In this document: positions 60,669-64,000 of the stretch, piece by piece | Numbering within the stretch: the stretch's first letter is position 1 | How the letters are laid out: each line of letters opens with the position of its first letter | DNA from: an uncultured Verrucomicrobiae bacterium | GTDB lineage: Bacteria; Verrucomicrobiota; Verrucomicrobiia; Chthoniobacterales; JAFAMB01 | Direction of reading: 5' to 3' | NCBI GenBank assembly: GCA_963837955.1 | Contig: CAWIPH010000002.1 | Span: 3,840,001-3,904,000, forward strand | DNA length: 64,000 nucleotides | Program-made: the position numbers and the translations under genes | Notes under the pieces: model-generated | The model's database searches: none | What the model was told of the DNA's origin: nothing | The model's input: only the letters and a program-made list of their open reading frames with translations

Positions 60669-60856
60669 GGGAACGCCGGGAGCGCCGTCATCGCCGGGAA
60701 CGCCGGGAACGGTGAGAAGTGAGAGGGAGAACGCCGTCGTCGCCGCGAACGTCCTCCATTCGGCGCGGCGGGAGCCTTGCCTACCGTTTTGCATCTCTCG
60801 CATTCGGTATTCCCACCTACCTCTCACCGTTCACCTCTCACCGTTCACCCGTTCGC

Positions 60857-61022
60857 GGCGTTCCCGGCGCTGACGGCGTTCCCGGCGTTGTCGGCGCTCC
60901 CGGCGTTGTCGGCGCTCCCGGCGTTCCCGGCGTTCCCGGCGTTCCCGGCGTTCCCGGCGTTCCCGGCGTTCCCGGCGTTCCCGGCGTTCCCGGCGTTGTC
61001 GGCGCTCCCGGCGTTCCCGGCG
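60857..61022. repeat. 9-bp tandem repeat (GGCGTTCCC)n with variants
   Basis: Roughly 18 units; inverted copies at 60669-60710. Confidence 0.95.
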
Positions 61023-61152
61023 ATGTCGGCGTTTCTGCGGCGTTCTCCAACTTCGCTCCGTCGTCTGAAACTCCGGCAGGCTTCGTCGGACAAGCCGGCG
61101 CTCCTCCGTTATTCCCGGTTGAGTGACGGACCGATCCGTGCATCATCTACGC

Positions 61153-62022
61153 ATGCAAGGCAGCCAGGAATTCAGTGAAGAAGACCTCAAATATCAAAGA
61201 TCCATAAGACGCAAGATCATCTGGCGACTTATTGTTTTCCTAGGGGGAGGCGGACTCGTCTTGATTCTAGCAGTGCTTCTGATCGCCAACCCCGGCCTGC
61301 TCTCCCGCCCGATGGAATATCTTCAAGCCTTGAGCCAGGGAAAATCGACTCAACCGCAGGCCCAGGCCAGCACTTCTTCTACTCCAACCGGCAGAAGGTC
61401 TCTCGACACGGCCGACGATTATCTCGCTCTGATAAGCGCCGACGCGTCAACCCTATCGAAGGACCAAGCTGAACTCGTTCAATTGTTTAACGAAGCGCTG
61501 AATCGCCTGACGATGATCGACAGAAGCGAAGCGAACTCGAAAGCCACGGCGGGCCCAATTATCCTGCAAAACATTACTAACGCGCAGAGCAAGGAAGACT
61601 TCGACAAGATCCGAGCAGCGGCCGACGCATTGAAAACAGCAGCAACTAGAGATTTGAATTCTCTGCAGACGTTCGAGAAGGATATAGCGGTACCTCTCGA
61701 GAGTGCTGGCGCAAAGCCTCCGATGAATGCTCAGGTGGCCGCTGCTCTTGCCAACAAAGCAAACGTCCCGGATAAGATACAGAGCGCGAATACTATCAGT
61801 ACGTTTGCCGACGTCACTAAAAGCTATTGCGATTTCCTAGAGAAAAACCGCGACGACTGGTCATTTAAGGGACAGGGCCGAGCGTTCAAAGATAGGAAAA
61901 CACTCGACGAGGCGATCGTAATCGGCAAACAGTTTACTCAAACCGCCATGGACGCGGGCTTTCGTTTTGCCGTAGCCGAAGGCTCTCCTTCCGCTTCTCC
62001 CTCCCCAGAAACGAACCAATAG
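61153..62022 (+). CDS. hypothetical membrane-anchored helical protein
   Basis: Single TM near the N-terminus, Ser/Thr linker, Ala-rich helical domain; ATG at 61153. Confidence 0.7.
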   Translation: MQGSQEFSEEDLKYQRSIRRKIIWRLIVFLGGGGLVLILAVLLIANPGLLSRPMEYLQALSQGKSTQPQAQASTSSTPTGRRSLDTADDYLALISADASTLSKDQAELVQLFNEALNRLTMIDRSEANSKATAGPIILQNITNAQSKEDFDKIRAAADALKTAATRDLNSLQTFEKDIAVPLESAGAKPPMNAQVAAALANKANVPDKIQSANTISTFADVTKSYCDFLEKNRDDWSFKGQGRAFKDRKTLDEAIVIGKQFTQTAMDAGFRFAVAEGSPSASPSPETNQ

Positions 62023-62044
62023 CGATTAGGCAGAATCCAATTAT

Positions 62045-62287
62045 TTATATAAGATTGCGGTCGGGACGAAGCGCTCTCCGAAACCGTCGAGAGCGTATCC
62101 TGGGATTACACCGACCGTAATCGACCGTTTCCTGGGATAGTGGAGCGATGAAGCTAACCGACGCTCCACCATCAACCACGTCGCGCAGAATTTCAGCGAA
62201 GGCAGCTCGATGCCGAGAGAAATCGGCGGGCGAGGATCGTTGTACGAGAACGGCTGTCACGTTCCAATCTTTGTAAAGTCTTGGCAC
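62045..62287 (-). pseudogene. truncated GNAT acetyltransferase fragment
   Basis: A..L.D.V.GGASV.F..PL resembles the N-terminus of a Ttr-like GNAT; acetyl-CoA motif absent. Confidence 0.5.
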
Positions 62288-62511
62288 CAGAACCGCAAGT
62301 CACACTGAACATTGAATCCAGACCAGGACTTTGCGTCTAAAATCTGAGAGACAGACTGCAAAATGCAAGAAATCCGAGGGGCTGACACTTTGAGCTGGTC
62401 CGAATCGTTTCTTTAGTTAATTAGATGATGCGACGGCACACCGCTATCCGGCTAACTGACTTAAGGGCTGGCTGAGACAGAGAACCCTCGATCGAATCTG
62501 CTTTTACCACA

Positions 62512-63222
62512 ATGGATGTAGGCCTATTGCTGAATCAGGTGTTCCGCGCGATCTCGGACCTAAGTTCCAGATTTTCTCCGTCTGCGTGGCTGTTGTCTGC
62601 CAGTTCAGCATTCGCGGCTCTCATCGCGGTGACCGGAGCCTTATTAGCAGCGCGATCCGCCTATCGGAGCGCAAGTAAAATCCAGTTTGAAGAAGCGGAA
62701 CTCCATCGATTGCGCGTGCGCGCCGCCGAGCGCGAGCGAGTAATTGGTGTCTTGCACGCCATCCGCGAGGAATTGATCCAACTTTGGTTGATGATGGCTG
62801 AGGATATCGCCAGACCGATCGAAACGCTGGATCCAAAGAGGAAGCTCCTACCTTATTGGCCCTGCTACCAAAGTTATTTCAGTATCTTTGATGCAAACGC
62901 CGCGGAAATTGGCCTGGTTGAAAATGAAACGCTTCGCACCAGCCTGGTGCGAACCTTCATGCTGGCCAAGCGCTTGATCGACCAATACCAAAACTACAAT
63001 CGGATCGAGGACAAGATGAGCGCACGGACCTCTCAGCCACTCGGAATTCCCGCGGATACCACCTACGCCAGGCACGCGGGCGCGTTTGCGCTGGTAGCCA
63101 CCTACCAATCACTGAAAACAAGCGTAGAACAATCGCGAAACCTTTTGGATGCAGAGCTCGGACTGAAAAGGCAACCGCTACCGTTTATCGATACTCCGGG
63201 AGTAACGGAGAACGGTTCGTAG
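62512..63222 (+). CDS. hypothetical membrane-anchored protein
   Basis: TM near the N-terminus, then L..I.EEL and F.IFD.NA..IG.V helical pattern. Confidence 0.65.
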   Translation: MDVGLLLNQVFRAISDLSSRFSPSAWLLSASSAFAALIAVTGALLAARSAYRSASKIQFEEAELHRLRVRAAERERVIGVLHAIREELIQLWLMMAEDIARPIETLDPKRKLLPYWPCYQSYFSIFDANAAEIGLVENETLRTSLVRTFMLAKRLIDQYQNYNRIEDKMSARTSQPLGIPADTTYARHAGAFALVATYQSLKTSVEQSRNLLDAELGLKRQPLPFIDTPGVTENGS

Positions 63223-63226
63223 GCTC

Positions 63227-63371
63227 GTAGCCTGATGCTCCAGCCTCAGGGAGCAGGTCACTGACTAGTGAGAGGACCGATTGTTATTCACCGTTCACCA
63301 ATCACTTCTCACCAAGCACATCTCACCGATCGCCGCGCCCTTAGATTCCTGAGTCAGGAGGATCAGGCTAC
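63227..63371. mobile_element. REPIN/MITE-like element, copy 2
   Basis: GTAGCCTGATGCTCCAGCCTCAGG ... CCTGAGTCAGGAGGATCAGGCTAC; reverse complement of 36527-36672. Confidence 0.75.
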
Positions 63372-63478
63372 CGCTAATGATCGCCGCGCCCTTAGATTCC
63401 TGAGCCAGGAGGATCAGGCTACCGCTAATGATCGCCGTGCCCTTGAGATTCCTGAGCCAGGAGAATCAGGCTACCGCT
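63328..63478. repeat. three tandem 51-bp REP-containing units
   Basis: Units begin at 63328, 63379 and 63430; no unique spacers. Confidence 0.9.
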
Positions 63479-63479
63479 T

Positions 63480-64000
63480 GTGTCTGTCGTTCTTTCGCGC
63501 ACTTTTGCCTTCCTCATGTGTTGTCTCCGTCAGCCGATTTTTTGGGGTTTGCTGTTTGTTGTAAATACTCTGGGCATTCCGATCGATGGACTCGCCCAGG
63601 ATCGTATCGCTTTTGACTTCAAAACCGCCCACGCATTCGTCGGCTTCGGGCTGCAACTCTGGACACAGACAGACCATCGAACAGAGCGGGATGATTTAAT
63701 TCGGGATCTGAACGTGCGTTGGATCCGGTTCAGCGTCACTCCCGAGATTCCGGAAGATCAGCTCAAAGATCATATGTCAGTAACAGAGATCCTGAATGTC
63801 ATTACAAAGAATGAAGACCAACAGCAGTCAGAAATGCTCCGACAATTTCAGCAGGAACTCACCGCGTTAAAAGTTCAGAGCCATTTAGTGTTTTGGCAAA
63901 TGCCGCCGCCATGGTGCACTTCTTTTCACGGGAATGACGGTAAAGAACGCGCGCACGTCGAGCCAGGTCACATCCCAGATTTTTCCAATTGGATTGTGGC
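63480..64000 (+). CDS. partial exported protein, possibly a GH30-like glycoside hydrolase (runs off the window)
   Basis: Stop-free frame from GTG 63480 or ATG 63516 to the window end; hydrophobic N-terminus, F.GFG.Q.W, L.V.W.R, W..P..W. Confidence 0.55.
   Translation, partial: MSVVLSRTFAFLMCCLRQPIFWGLLFVVNTLGIPIDGLAQDRIAFDFKTAHAFVGFGLQLWTQTDHRTERDDLIRDLNVRWIRFSVTPEIPEDQLKDHMSVTEILNVITKNEDQQQSEMLRQFQQELTALKVQSHLVFWQMPPPWCTSFHGNDGKERAHVEPGHIPDFSNWIV

Noticed and set aside
60719..61178. Collagen-like (PGV/PGT), PAF and NAG repeat ORFs
   Set aside because: Several frames are open because of a stop-free 9-bp repeat; no frame has a supported start.
62412..62465. attC-like site
   Set aside because: The cores are in GTT...AAC order, opposite to attC, and there is no integron integrase.
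63328..63478. Possible CRISPR array
   Set aside because: The 51-bp units are near-identical along their full length, with no unique spacers and no cas genes.

Overview
A 64-kb bacterial chromosomal window, moderately GC-rich. The gene families and repeat types suggest a soil Verrucomicrobium (Chthoniobacterales/Spartobacteria-like); this is inference. Bases ~1-47,800 are mostly core genome: apt, two oligopeptide ABC permeases, bifunctional homocysteine methyltransferase/MTHFR, rpsT, GT4-glgB, xseA, a CoaB-like gene, a FIST-HD pair, an RND pump, ftsH and gap-pgk-tpiA, dsbD-redoxin, mscL, an ECF sigma trio, ssuADCB, malFGK and malQ, an LMW-phosphatase-GlyA fusion and a SET-domain gene. There are three tRNAs (CAT, Val-CAC, Ser-CGA). 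From tRNA-Ser (47,726) onward lies a patchwork accessory zone. A 20-bp tRNA 3' duplication at 50,045 delimits a 2.2-kb islet with no integrase that carries a secreted S74-chaperone fibre gene. Both att copies are followed by the same spaced 28-bp motif, which suggests tandem islets. The zone also holds a leaderless HTH gene, a GC-rich GluR0-like channel/MFS pair, an inverted tRNA fragment, and a ~1.15-kb segment bracketed by two related GGGG(T)CACGT palindromes. Intergenic spaces are full of REP/REPIN-like hairpins and 7- and 9-bp short repeats. Six candidate promoters share a TTGnnn-N16-TAnnnT geometry. I saw no CRISPR array, integrase or transposase. All product calls come from motif recognition by eye; no database was searched.
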